This document shows positions 1 to 8,953 of a stretch of 64,000 nt of DNA, piece by piece. The stretch is from an uncultured Elusimicrobia bacterium (GTDB lineage Bacteria; Elusimicrobiota; Elusimicrobia; UBA1565; UBA9628). Below the pieces are notes generated by a model. It did no database searches, was not told where the DNA came from, and worked only from the letters and a program-made list of their open reading frames with translations. The position numbers were made by a program, and so were the translations under genes. Location: positions 2,843 to 66,842 of the forward strand of contig CAZIBN010000007.1 of assembly GCA_964537395.1 (NCBI GenBank). Reading direction: 5' to 3'. Positions within the stretch are counted from its first letter, which is position 1. Every line of letters begins with the position of its first letter.

Positions 1-589
1 GTTCGCCGCGCGCCTGCGCCGGCTCTGCGCCCGCGACGGCCGCGGGCCCGGGTCGATCTGGGAGGGCGACCTCATCGATGCGCCCCTGCCGAAGGGGAAA
101 TACGATCTGATCTTCGCGCGCTGGGTGTTCCTGTTCCTGCCCGAGCCCGAGAAGCATCTGCGCAAGCTGGCGCGCGCGCTCAAGCCTGGCGGGCGCATCG
201 CGATCCAGGATTATCACCGTGCCACGATGGCTCTGTATCCGAAGCCGAAGGATTGGGACGCGCTGATGGCCTCCGACCAGCTCTTCTTTAAGACGCAGGG
301 GGGCGACGCGAGCATCGGCGGGCGCCTGCCCGCGCTGTACAAGCGCGCCGGTCTCATCCCGACCGAGGCTCGCCCGAATCTCAAATCCGGCTTCCCCGGC
401 TCCGCCGTCTGGACCTGGGCGTCGTGGTACTTCCTTGGTGTGATGCCGCGTTTAGGGAAGCTCCGGCCCTTCACGCCGGGCGCGGCGCGGCGAACCTCCG
501 CCGCCTGGCGCGCGGCCGCGCGCCGCCCCGAAAGCCTGTTCATCGCGCCCTGCGTCCTCGACTGCGTCGCGCGCAAGCCGCGGAAATGA
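1..589 (+). CDS. class I SAM-dependent methyltransferase, C-terminal part (5' end lies outside the window)
   Basis: Open in frame from the window edge. Sequence DLIFARWVFLFLPEPEKHL...LKPGGRIAIQDYH resembles the MTase motif II/III region. The stop TGA at 587-589 overlaps the next ATG (ATGA). Confidence 0.55.
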   Translation, partial: FAARLRRLCARDGRGPGSIWEGDLIDAPLPKGKYDLIFARWVFLFLPEPEKHLRKLARALKPGGRIAIQDYHRATMALYPKPKDWDALMASDQLFFKTQGGDASIGGRLPALYKRAGLIPTEARPNLKSGFPGSAVWTWASWYFLGVMPRLGKLRPFTPGAARRTSAAWRAAARRPESLFIAPCVLDCVARKPRK

Positions 590-1515
590 TCGAGAGCTGG
601 ATCGCCGTCTCGACGGCGTACCTGAGCTCGCAGAAGGCGAAGGACAGCCTCGCCCTCGATCCGTATTGGCCGAAGTGGGACTCTCCCTGGTGGCACATGA
701 CCTTGCTGTGGGAGCTCGGCCGCGCCGACGCCATCCCGCAGGAGGCGGCGGAGGCGATGCTCGCCGCCATCGAGTCGAAGTATGTCCGTTTTTTCCCGAA
801 CCCGCGCGAGCCCATGCCGCCCGGGAAGGACTATCACCGCGACGGCCTGTGCCACTGCGCCCTCGGCAACATGTATCAGACCTTGGCGGCCTGCGGCCTC
901 GACCTCGACGCGCGCGCGCCGTGGATGAGGGCGTGGTTCCTCCATTATCAGCTGCCCGACGGCGGGCTGAACTGCGATGAGAAGGCGTATGAGAAGGGCG
1001 GCGCGTCCTCGGTTCAGTCCACCTTGCCCGCGCTCGAGGCGGTGCTCGCCGCGGGGCGGCCGTTGACCCCGATCGAGGAGCATTTCGTGGACCGCGGCGC
1101 CGAGTACCTTCTTGAAAGACGGTTGGCCTTCCGGCTGCGGGACGGGCAATTGATGGATCCCGATTTTCTCGAGATCGGATTTCCGCGCTACTACGATTAC
1201 GATATCTTAAGAGGCCTCGCGTTCATCGCCGACTGGGCGCGCCTGCGTAAACGTCGCGTTCAGCGTAGTGCCGTGGGCTGGGTCATCGACTCGTTCGATG
1301 ACCGGTTTCCGGATGGGCGCATCAAAGTCGAAAAGCCGGGCCTCATCTCCGTGGAAAACACTTTGCTGTTCGATAAATCGGGAAACACGGTCCGAGGCCC
1401 GGCGACCTCGTTCCCGCTATTGGATTCCGTCCGAAAGCCGGGTACGATCTCCGAGATTATGACCCGCTCCTGGGCCGAGACGCGCAAGGTTCTGGAATCA
1501 CGCCTTGAGGGGTAG
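586..1515 (+). CDS. hypothetical Trp-rich protein (about 309 aa), family not recognised
   Basis: ORF 424..1515. The ATG at 586 (MIESWIAV...) overlaps the upstream stop by 4 nt, suggesting translational coupling with the MTase. No recognisable motif (DPYWPKWDSPWWHMTLLWELG). Confidence 0.5.
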   Translation: MIESWIAVSTAYLSSQKAKDSLALDPYWPKWDSPWWHMTLLWELGRADAIPQEAAEAMLAAIESKYVRFFPNPREPMPPGKDYHRDGLCHCALGNMYQTLAACGLDLDARAPWMRAWFLHYQLPDGGLNCDEKAYEKGGASSVQSTLPALEAVLAAGRPLTPIEEHFVDRGAEYLLERRLAFRLRDGQLMDPDFLEIGFPRYYDYDILRGLAFIADWARLRKRRVQRSAVGWVIDSFDDRFPDGRIKVEKPGLISVENTLLFDKSGNTVRGPATSFPLLDSVRKPGTISEIMTRSWAETRKVLESRLEG

Positions 1516-1586
1516 GTCCAACGCTCTGAGCAGGGGGTCCGAACGACCCTGGGAGATGACCGGGTCTTTGGGTTATGCTGATGAGG

Positions 1587-3401
1587 ATGCGAAAGGTATT
1601 CGTCGCCGTGATTTGCGGAAGCCTGTTTGTCGGCTCCGCGCCCACTCAAGCGTTCGCCCAGGCGCGCATCGTCCTCCCAGCGAATACTCGATCCGTTGCC
1701 GTTCCAAACTTCGTCCCGTCACTCCCAAGTATCAACGGCTCGTCGCTCCTCTCGAATATCTCCGGTTTGTCGTTAACTCCGTCCATATCGTTAGCTCCGT
1801 CGATTGCGCCGTCGATCAATACCCCATCCGTTGCCGTTTCCGCCGTAGCTACCCTGCAGCCGGCGATCACGCCCGTCCTCTCCATGAGAACGCCGGCCCC
1901 CCACGCAAACCCCCTCCTTCCTCAAGCCCTCCTCTCCCAGGCCGCCGCCCGTCTCACCGCCGCCTCTGCGCCGGACAAGCCGGTCCTGGACGGCAAGAAG
2001 ACGGGGGACGAGGTTTTCTACGGCGAGACCCCGCGTGCTCCCTCGGACGAAGCCCCCGTCCCCGGCAAGCTCTCCCATACGCCGTCGCTTTCCCCGTCCG
2101 CTCCCGCCGCCGTCCCCGCGAAGAAGGAGCCCCTCATCGCCCGCTGGAAATCCTCCATGACTAACGGCTCCGGCCCCCTCGTCATCGCGGCCTTCGCCTG
2201 GAACTTCCTCACGATCGCCGCCTACTCGATCATCGGCCCCGCCCGCGGCGCCCTCCTGATGACGAAATTCGGCCCGGACACCTTGCCCTGGGTCTACCTG
2301 GCCAGCGCCGCGCTGACCGGCGCCGTCGTCTTCGTCTATAGCCGCTTCTCCCATGCTCCGCGCAAGCTGTTGATCGGCGGCTCCCTGGCCATGCTCGCGG
2401 TCACCTTGGTCGCCGGCGCGTTCGCCGTGTCCGCCACGGCGCTGCCGTCCGTCGCGTTCGGCTATTTCCTGTGGACCGACGTGTTCGGCATCATGTCCGC
2501 GACTTTGTTCTGGACCTACGCGAACGACGTGTTCACGCGCGACGAGTCCAAGCGCGTGTTCGGCCTCCTCGCCGCCGGCGCGCCCCTCGGCTCGATCGCG
2601 GGCGCCTTCCTGATGAAGATGGTCGTGGGCTCGATGGGGCCGATCCCGATGCTGATGGTCGCGGCGGGCATTTTCGCGGCGGTGCTCCCGATCTTCTTCT
2701 TCATGGAGAGCCGCTCCAAAGAGCGCGGCGCCAAGCCCGCCCCCGCTTCGACGGCCGCCGCGGCCGTGCCCGAGACGGGGATCCTCAAGACCATCCTGGC
2801 CTCGCCGTTCCTGATCTTCCTGACCGTCGTCGTCGCCCTCGAGCGCCTGGTCCCCGACATCACCAACTATCTGTACAGCGTCGCGGCGTCCGCCGCCTAC
2901 GCGGGCGACCCGAAAGGCATGGCCCAGATGTTCGCCAACGTGAACTTCTACACGAGCATCGCCTCGTTCACCGCGAGCAGCCTTCTCGTCGGGCTGACCT
3001 TGCGCAAGATCGGCACCGGCGGCAGCCTGATGACGGCCGGGCTCGTGAACCTGGCCCTGTTCGCGCTGTACCCCTTCATGCCCACGCTCGGCGTCGCGGC
3101 GCTGTTCTTCGGCCTCGACGGCGTGACGCGCTACACCTGGTTCAAGACCGCGAAGGAGTCCACCTACGCGGCGACCGACCGCGACACGATCTACCGCGTG
3201 AAGGCCTTCATCGAGATGTTCGTCTACCGCTTCGCCCGCGGCCTCGCCGGCCTGCTCCTCCTCGGCGTGGCGTGGCTTCAGGGCGGCCCGACCGGCGCGG
3301 CCTTGCTCGGCATACCGCTCGCGCTGCTGTGGCTGTACGCCTCCTGGCGCATGGGCCGCGAGCACAAGAAGCTCGAAGCCGCGAACGAAGCGAAGAAGTA
3401 G
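1587..3401 (+). CDS. TLC/NTT-family nucleotide transporter (ATP:ADP antiporter family) with a roughly 190-aa N-terminal signal peptide plus Pro/Ser/Ile/Ala-rich extension
   Basis: The C-terminal ~410 aa is polytopic and contains LFWTYANDVFTRDESKRVFGLLAAG, matching the TLC signature of Rickettsia Tlc1 ([24 protein letters not shown]). There are three in-frame ATGs at 1575, 1581 and 1587; a TATGCT hexamer lies 7 nt upstream of 1587. An alternative internal start (M at 2157) would remove the extension. Confidence 0.65.
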   Translation: MRKVFVAVICGSLFVGSAPTQAFAQARIVLPANTRSVAVPNFVPSLPSINGSSLLSNISGLSLTPSISLAPSIAPSINTPSVAVSAVATLQPAITPVLSMRTPAPHANPLLPQALLSQAAARLTAASAPDKPVLDGKKTGDEVFYGETPRAPSDEAPVPGKLSHTPSLSPSAPAAVPAKKEPLIARWKSSMTNGSGPLVIAAFAWNFLTIAAYSIIGPARGALLMTKFGPDTLPWVYLASAALTGAVVFVYSRFSHAPRKLLIGGSLAMLAVTLVAGAFAVSATALPSVAFGYFLWTDVFGIMSATLFWTYANDVFTRDESKRVFGLLAAGAPLGSIAGAFLMKMVVGSMGPIPMLMVAAGIFAAVLPIFFFMESRSKERGAKPAPASTAAAAVPETGILKTILASPFLIFLTVVVALERLVPDITNYLYSVAASAAYAGDPKGMAQMFANVNFYTSIASFTASSLLVGLTLRKIGTGGSLMTAGLVNLALFALYPFMPTLGVAALFFGLDGVTRYTWFKTAKESTYAATDRDTIYRVKAFIEMFVYRFARGLAGLLLLGVAWLQGGPTGAALLGIPLALLWLYASWRMGREHKKLEAANEAKK

Positions 3402-3468
3402 GTGTCAGGCCTACCGGTAGTTACAGTATTGAAGCGGCCAAACTGTAATTACCGGTAGGCCTGACACC
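3401..3468. repeat. large near-perfect palindrome (about 26-bp stem, 16-nt loop) with termini GGTGTCAGGC / GCCTGACACC
   Basis: GGTGTCAGGCCTACCGGTAGTTACAG..CTGTAATTACCGGTAGGCCTGACACC lies directly after the NTT stop. There is no T-tract. It shares outer arms with the element at 15917-16001. Confidence 0.6.
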
Positions 3469-3510
3469 ATGAATGGCTGAAGAAGTGGTATCATATTCGT
3501 ATAAACGAAT

Positions 3511-3846
3511 ATGAATGAGCTTCTGTTCAAGGCCTTCGCCGATCCGACGCGCCTGCGCCTCCTGGGCCTTTTGTCGGGACGAGAGGTGTGCGTCTGCGAT
3601 CTTATGGCCGTCTTGGGCGCGCCGCAGTCCAAGGTCTCGCAGCATCTGGCGTTCCTTCGTTCCGCGGGGCTTGTCGTTTTCCGTCAGGAGGGAAAATGGC
3701 GGCATTACGCGTTGGCCAAGCCCGCGGGCCGCGTGCACGCCCGCCTGGTGGGCTGCCTCGAGGAGTGCTTTTCCGAGATTGGCGACTTGAAGCTCGACCG
3801 TGCGAAGCTCAGGAAGATACTGCGCGCCAAGGAGAAGTGCTCATGA
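3511..3846 (+). CDS. arsR: ArsR/SmtB-family metalloregulator
   Basis: wHTH motif LFKAFADPTRLRLLGLL...EVCVCDL...SQHLAFLRSAGLV. It is first in an arsR-arsC-acr3 arrangement. A TATAAA hexamer lies 5 nt upstream of the ATG. Confidence 0.85.
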   Translation: MNELLFKAFADPTRLRLLGLLSGREVCVCDLMAVLGAPQSKVSQHLAFLRSAGLVVFRQEGKWRHYALAKPAGRVHARLVGCLEECFSEIGDLKLDRAKLRKILRAKEKCS

Positions 3847-4253
3847 ATCGCCTGCCGACCGTCCTTTTTGTGTGCATCGAGAACTCCTGCCGGTCCCAGA
3901 TGGCCGAGGGCTTCGCCCGGCGCCACGGCGCGGGAAAGGTCGCGGCCTGGAGCTCGGGCTCGCGGCCCAGCGGAAAGGTCAACGAGACGGCGATCGCGCT
4001 CATGGAGGAGAAGGGCGTGGACATGTCCTCGCACCGCTCCAAGGGCCTGGCCGAGCTCCCGGCCCAGAAGTGGGACTATGTGATCACCATGGGCTGCGGC
4101 GACGCCTGCCCCTTCGTGCCCTCGCGGGGCAAGGAGGACTGGGCGATCCCCGATCCCAAGCATCTGTCCCCCGATGAGTTCCGCAAGGTCCGCGACCTGG
4201 TCGAGAGCAAGGTCAAGGATCTCATCGCGCGGGCCGTCAAGGCGGGCGCATGA
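3843..4253 (+). CDS. arsC: arsenate reductase, LMW-PTP/thioredoxin-coupled type
   Basis: Carries the CX5R P-loop ([17 protein letters not shown]). The ATG at 3843 overlaps the arsR stop (ATGA). Confidence 0.85.
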   Translation: MNRLPTVLFVCIENSCRSQMAEGFARRHGAGKVAAWSSGSRPSGKVNETAIALMEEKGVDMSSHRSKGLAELPAQKWDYVITMGCGDACPFVPSRGKEDWAIPDPKHLSPDEFRKVRDLVESKVKDLIARAVKAGA

Positions 4254-5281
4254 CCGGCGCCAAGCTGTCGTTTCTGGACCGATACCTCACGGGCTGGATC
4301 TTCGGTGCGATGGCTTTGGGCGTGGGGCTGGGCTATTTCCTTCCGGGGGTGCCGGCTTTCGTCAATCGCTTCCAGATCGGGACGACGAACATCCCGATCG
4401 CGATCGGCCTCATCCTGATGATGTATCCGCCGCTGGCCAAGGTGCGCTATGAGGAGCTCGGCGAGGTGTTCCGGGATAAGAAGGTCCTGACGCTCTCTCT
4501 CGTGCAGAACTGGTTCGTCGGCCCCGTCCTGATGTTCGTCCTGGCCGTGGTTTTTCTGCGCGGCTATCCCGAATACATGGTGGGCCTGATCATGATCGGC
4601 CTGGCGCGCTGCATCGCCATGGTCATCGTCTGGAACGAGCTCGCCGAGGGAGACAGCCAATACGCGGCGGGGCTTGTGGCCTTGAACAGCGTGTTCCAGG
4701 TCCTCTTCTACAGCCTCTACGCCTGGTTCTTCATCACGATATTGCTTCCGATGGTCGGGCAGTCCGGCTCCGTGGTCGACGTCGGCGTCGGAGACATCGC
4801 ACGGAGCGTGTTCATCTATCTGGGCGTTCCTTTCCTGGCCGGGATGGCGACGCGGTGGGCGCTGCTGCGTTCGAAGGGGAAAGAGTGGTACGAGTCCGTC
4901 TTCATCCCGCGCGTCAGCCCGCTGACCTTGCTGTCTCTGCTCTTCACCATCGTGGTCATGTTCAGCCTCAAGGGCAAGCTCATCGTGAGCCTTCCCCTTG
5001 ATGTCCTGCGCATCGCGCTGCCGCTTCTGATCTATTTCGCGGTGATGTTCCTCCTCAGCTTCTGGATGGGGCGCAAGGCGGGGGCGGATTACTCAAGGAC
5101 GGCGACCCTCGCTTTCACCGCCGCCGGCAACAATTTCGAGCTGGCCATCGCTGTGGCCGTGGCCGTGTTCGGCATCGACTCCGGGCAGGCCTTCGCCGCG
5201 GTCATAGGCCCGCTGGTCGAGGTGCCGGCCCTCATCCTGCTGGTGGACGCATCCTTGTTCTTTAAAAAACGTTTCTTCTGA
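4250..5281 (+). CDS. acr3: ACR3-family arsenite efflux permease
   Basis: 10-TM protein, [22 protein letters not shown]..., typical ACR3 length of 343 aa. The ATG overlaps the arsC stop. Confidence 0.85.
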   Translation: MTGAKLSFLDRYLTGWIFGAMALGVGLGYFLPGVPAFVNRFQIGTTNIPIAIGLILMMYPPLAKVRYEELGEVFRDKKVLTLSLVQNWFVGPVLMFVLAVVFLRGYPEYMVGLIMIGLARCIAMVIVWNELAEGDSQYAAGLVALNSVFQVLFYSLYAWFFITILLPMVGQSGSVVDVGVGDIARSVFIYLGVPFLAGMATRWALLRSKGKEWYESVFIPRVSPLTLLSLLFTIVVMFSLKGKLIVSLPLDVLRIALPLLIYFAVMFLLSFWMGRKAGADYSRTATLAFTAAGNNFELAIAVAVAVFGIDSGQAFAAVIGPLVEVPALILLVDASLFFKKRFF

Positions 5282-5288
5282 GCTCGCT

Positions 5289-6002
5289 TCAGGCGAAGAT
5301 GAGCTTAAAGCCGGCGATGGCGAGGACGACGGCCAGCAGGCGCTTGATCGCGGCATGCGGCAGACGCGTGCTGCCGAGGTAGGAGCCCGCGGCCCCTCCG
5401 GCCAGCGCGGCAAGGGCGAGCGGCCAGGCGACGTTCGGAATGGAGCCGGTCTTGCTGAGATAGCCGGCCAGCCCTGACATGGAATTGACGAGGATGAACG
5501 CGGCGGAGACCGCGGCGATCGTTTTCGTGCCGTCCCATCTCAGGAATATCCCGAGCGGCGTGAGGAAGATTCCGCCACCGGTGCCGGTCAGCCCGGAGAG
5601 CAGGCCGAGCCCCGCCCCGACGCCGAGCGACACGGGCAGCGCCGGAGGCTTCGACGCCGGCTCCGCCGGAGGGTCGAGGAGAAAGCGCGCGGCGGAGGCC
5701 AGCAGGACCAGGCCGACGGCGATCTTGAAGGCCCGGGTAGGGAGGTTGAGCCAGCCGCCGAGGAACGCGCAGGGCACGGAGGCCAGCGCGAGCGGCCAGA
5801 ACAGCTTCCAGGAAAAGTGGCCGGCGCGCCGGAACTGCCACGAGGCGATCGTCGCGACGAGGATGTTGAGCGCCAGCGCCGTCGGCTTGACGATATCGGG
5901 CGCCAGGCCGAACAAGGTCATCACGGCGATATAGCCGGACGCTCCCGCGTGTCCCACGCACGAATAAAGAAAAGCGACGGCAAACACCGCGATGGCCAGC
6001 AA
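5289..6002 (-). CDS. TauE/SafE (DUF81, TSUP) family anion exporter
   Basis: Two-repeat 8-TM protein with glycine-rich loops (GLTGTGGGIFLTPL). Confidence 0.7.
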   Translation of the reverse strand: MLAIAVFAVAFLYSCVGHAGASGYIAVMTLFGLAPDIVKPTALALNILVATIASWQFRRAGHFSWKLFWPLALASVPCAFLGGWLNLPTRAFKIAVGLVLLASAARFLLDPPAEPASKPPALPVSLGVGAGLGLLSGLTGTGGGIFLTPLGIFLRWDGTKTIAAVSAAFILVNSMSGLAGYLSKTGSIPNVAWPLALAALAGGAAGSYLGSTRLPHAAIKRLLAVVLAIAGFKLIFA

Positions 6003-6005
6003 GAT

Positions 6006-6404
6006 CTATAAACGCGCGGACCAGCTGTTCGGGTCGAGCATCTCCCGGACCATCGTCACGAGGGCATCCATGTCCATCGGCTTGCGGAGGAAGCGCACGC
6101 GCGGCTCGGGGGGGATCTGGCTGGCGAAGCGCACGGCCTCCGTGCCGCTGATGAACAGCACCGGGAGCAGATTCGTTTCCTGCCGGGCGCGCAGGTCGGC
6201 GAGCAGCTGGACGCCGGTCTTGCGCGGCATCTGATAGTCGAGGATCGCGAGATCGGGATTCTCCTCGAGCGCGATGCGTTCGGCGGCCAACGGGTCGTGG
6301 CAGACGATGACGTCGTGGCCCTCGCCCGCGAGGCATTCCCGCAGGACTGCGGTCAGGGCCTCTTCATCGTCGACCACGAGTATCTTTGCCATCAGGTAGA
6401 GCAT
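6006..6404 (-). CDS. single-domain response regulator (CheY-like receiver)
   Basis: KILVVDDEEALTAVLRECLAGEGHDV...LAILDYQMPRKTG. An SD-like AAGAGG lies 5 nt upstream of the ATG at 6404. The ORF track extends to 6626, but that extension has no SD. Confidence 0.75.
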   Translation of the reverse strand: MLYLMAKILVVDDEEALTAVLRECLAGEGHDVIVCHDPLAAERIALEENPDLAILDYQMPRKTGVQLLADLRARQETNLLPVLFISGTEAVRFASQIPPEPRVRFLRKPMDMDALVTMVREMLDPNSWSARL

Positions 6405-6486
6405 AAAGACCTCTTGCGGCGCCGTCAAGTGCAGTGTGACCATACCGTGCTTGCGGGCACGCCTGGCGAGGGGTACACTATGAAGC

Positions 6487-8064
6487 GTGAAATTCCCCGT
6501 GCCGAGCGGCGAATCCGGATTCCTCGAATCGATCATCGATACGGTGGACGACCCTGTTTTCGTCAAGAACCGCGACCATCGCTGGGTGCTTTTCAACCAG
6601 GCGTTCGTCGTCCTTCTCGGGCACACGCGCGAGCAGCTCCTGGGAAAGTCGGATTACGATTTCTTCCCGAAGGCCCAGGCCGATGTGTTCCGGAGGCAGG
6701 ACGAGCTCGTCTTCGAGACGGGCCGTGAGAACTCCAATGAGGAGACTTTGACCGACGCGCAGGGGATGACCCATGTGCTGGTCACCAGGAAGAACCTTTG
6801 GACCTCGCCGGGCGGAGAGAAATACCTTGTTGGCGTGATCCGGGACATCACCGCGCTCGTTGGCGCGGCCGATGACGCCAAGCTGAGCAAAGAGCGGCTG
6901 TTCCGCGCGCATAAGCTGGAGACGCTGGGGAATGTGGCCGGCGGCGTGGCGCACGACTTCAATAATCTGCTCACGGCCATACGCGGCAGCGCGGGCCTTC
7001 TGCTCGAGAGCCTTCCGGCCAACCACCCGTCTCGCGTCGAGGCCGAGGAAGTCCTGCGCGCCGCGGAGCATGCCGCGACGCTGACGGCGAGGCTTCTGTC
7101 ATTCAGCCGGCGTCCCGACGGCATGCCGCGGCCCGTGGATCTTGCTGAGATCGTGAAGGGCATGCAAGAGGTGCTCCGGCGGCTGCTGCCCTCCAGCGTG
7201 GCATTGGATCTGGTCCTGCCGGAGAAGCTGGGCTCGGTCCTCGCCGATCCGGGGCTCATCGAGCAGGTGCTGCTTAATCTCGTCGTCAACGCCGGGGAGG
7301 CCCTGCCTAAGGGCGGAAACGTCACGATCGAGCTTGCGGGCGCGCCGAAAGGCGGGGCCGGTGTCGCCGGACCCTGCGTTCGTCTCACCGTGCGCGATGA
7401 CGGGGCCGGGATGACCGAAAAGGTCCGCGCGCGCATCTTCGAGCCGTTCTTCACGACCAAGGAGAGCGGAAGCGGCCTCGGGCTCTCGACGGTCGCTGAG
7501 ACCGTTCGCCGCAACGCGGGGGCCGTCGAGGTCGTCAGCGCGCCGGGCAAAGGCACCTCCTTCCACGTTTACTGGCCGTTGTGCGCGGGCAAGGCCGCGC
7601 CCGTCAAAAAAGCGAGAAGCGGGTCGAAGCCTGGGCAAGGACGCGGGCGGGCTCTCGTCGTCGACGATGACGATGCGGTGCGCCGCTTCCTGGTGCGCTG
7701 CCTGGAGAAGGAGGGCTACGAGGTCCTGTCCGCGAGAGAGCCTGTCGAGGCGCTGCGGATCGGCGATGCCAACGAAGGCCTCTTCGACCTGCTTGTGATC
7801 GACGTCGTGATGCCGCGGATGCGCGGGCCGGAGCTGGCTGCTCGCCTGCGCTTGCGCCAGCGCGAGGCGCGGGTGCTGTTCACCTCGGGCCGGCGTCGCG
7901 AGGATTGCGGCCTTCCCGAAGGCGAGGCGGCCGAATTCCTGGCAAAGCCCTTCTCGGCGAGAGATCTGACCGGGATCGTCAGCGGCGCGCGGCTCGGCGC
8001 AGGCGGTCCATCACGGCGCGCCCGACGCCCCGGTCCGGCACGGTCTCGACGTAAAGCGTCCTGA
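6487..8064 (+). CDS. hybrid sensor histidine kinase (PAS - HisKA - HATPase_c - receiver)
   Basis: H-box LETLGNVAGGVAHDFNNLLTAI, followed by an ATPase G-box (DDGAGMTEKV...GSGLGL) and a C-terminal receiver (ALVVDDDDAVRRF...LLVIDVVMPRMRG). The GTG at 6487 lies 7 nt after a TACACT hexamer. Confidence 0.85.
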   Translation: MKFPVPSGESGFLESIIDTVDDPVFVKNRDHRWVLFNQAFVVLLGHTREQLLGKSDYDFFPKAQADVFRRQDELVFETGRENSNEETLTDAQGMTHVLVTRKNLWTSPGGEKYLVGVIRDITALVGAADDAKLSKERLFRAHKLETLGNVAGGVAHDFNNLLTAIRGSAGLLLESLPANHPSRVEAEEVLRAAEHAATLTARLLSFSRRPDGMPRPVDLAEIVKGMQEVLRRLLPSSVALDLVLPEKLGSVLADPGLIEQVLLNLVVNAGEALPKGGNVTIELAGAPKGGAGVAGPCVRLTVRDDGAGMTEKVRARIFEPFFTTKESGSGLGLSTVAETVRRNAGAVEVVSAPGKGTSFHVYWPLCAGKAAPVKKARSGSKPGQGRGRALVVDDDDAVRRFLVRCLEKEGYEVLSAREPVEALRIGDANEGLFDLLVIDVVMPRMRGPELAARLRLRQREARVLFTSGRRREDCGLPEGEAAEFLAKPFSARDLTGIVSGARLGAGGPSRRARRPGPARSRRKAS

Positions 8065-8953
8065 CGCCCGCGGCTTCGGCGTCGCGCAGCGCCGAGAACA
8101 GCGCGGCCGCGTAGGGTCCCGCTCCGCCGCGTACGCGCACGGCGAACGCGGGACGCCGCCCCGGCCACGGCGCACGGTGCACGAGCCCGGCGCCCGCGCC
8201 GGACAGGCCGGCCAACGCTCCGCGCCGGATGAGCGCCGGCGGAACAAGGATCACACGGCACGATGGCGCGTAATGGCGGTGTTTGGTTCCGGGAGATAAA
8301 GGGGAGGAGCCTCCCGGAATCCGCAGGGGGGCGCCGGCCGCGCGGGAGATCGATTCTGCGGTCAAAGTCCCATGGCGCAGGACGACGGGCCGTTTCCCGC
8401 GCGCGTCCACGATCGCCGACTCGAGGCCTTTGCGGCAGGGCCCGCCGTCGAGTATGAGGGCCACGCGTCCGCGCAGGTCGCGCAGGACATGCGCCGCGGT
8501 CGTCGGGCTCGGACGTCCTGAGAGGTTCGCCGAGGGCGCGGCGATCGGCTCGCCGAGGGCGCGGATCAGGGCGCGCGCCGTGGGATGGCCGGGGCAACGC
8601 ACGGCGACGGTGCTCCCGCCTGCCGTGACGGCGCCGGGGACGCGCGCCGACTTCTCGAGTATCAAGGTGAGCGGGCCCGGCCAGAACGCGTCCATCAGGC
8701 GGCGCGCCAGCGGCGTCACCCGCTTGACGACGTCCGCGAGCATGGCCTCATCGCTGACGTGCACGATCAGGGGGTTGTCCGAGGGGCGTCCCTTCGCCTT
8801 GTAGACGCGGCGCGCGGCGGATGCATCGTAGGCGCGGGCGCCGAGCCCGTAGACGGTCTCCGTCGGGAAGGCGACCAGGCCGCCGCTATTGAGAAGTGCG
8901 ACGGCCGCAGCCAGGCTCTCTTTGCTCGGCCGGAGCACGCGCGTGCGGATCAC
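7979..8953 (-). CDS. tsaC: L-threonylcarbamoyladenylate synthase, Sua5 long form
   Basis: YrdC domain (AFPTETVYGLGA...KGRPSDNPLIVHV) plus a C-terminal Sua5 domain. Its 3' end overlaps the kinase 3' end by 86 nt in convergent orientation. Confidence 0.85.
   Translation of the reverse strand: MIRTRVLRPSKESLAAAVALLNSGGLVAFPTETVYGLGARAYDASAARRVYKAKGRPSDNPLIVHVSDEAMLADVVKRVTPLARRLMDAFWPGPLTLILEKSARVPGAVTAGGSTVAVRCPGHPTARALIRALGEPIAAPSANLSGRPSPTTAAHVLRDLRGRVALILDGGPCRKGLESAIVDARGKRPVVLRHGTLTAESISRAAGAPLRIPGGSSPLSPGTKHRHYAPSCRVILVPPALIRRGALAGLSGAGAGLVHRAPWPGRRPAFAVRVRGGAGPYAAALFSALRDAEAAGVRTLYVETVPDRGVGRAVMDRLRRAARR

Noticed and set aside
1791-3365. 524-aa minus-strand ORF antisense to the NTT gene, plus the +ORF at 2471-3448
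   Set aside because: Arg/Gly/Asp/Glu-rich composition typical of out-of-frame translation in high-GC DNA. Fully overlapped by a gene with clear TLC motifs.
3511-5281. ars operon as part of a transposon
   Set aside because: No transposase, resolvase or inverted repeats flank it. The giant palindrome upstream lacks transposon-end features.
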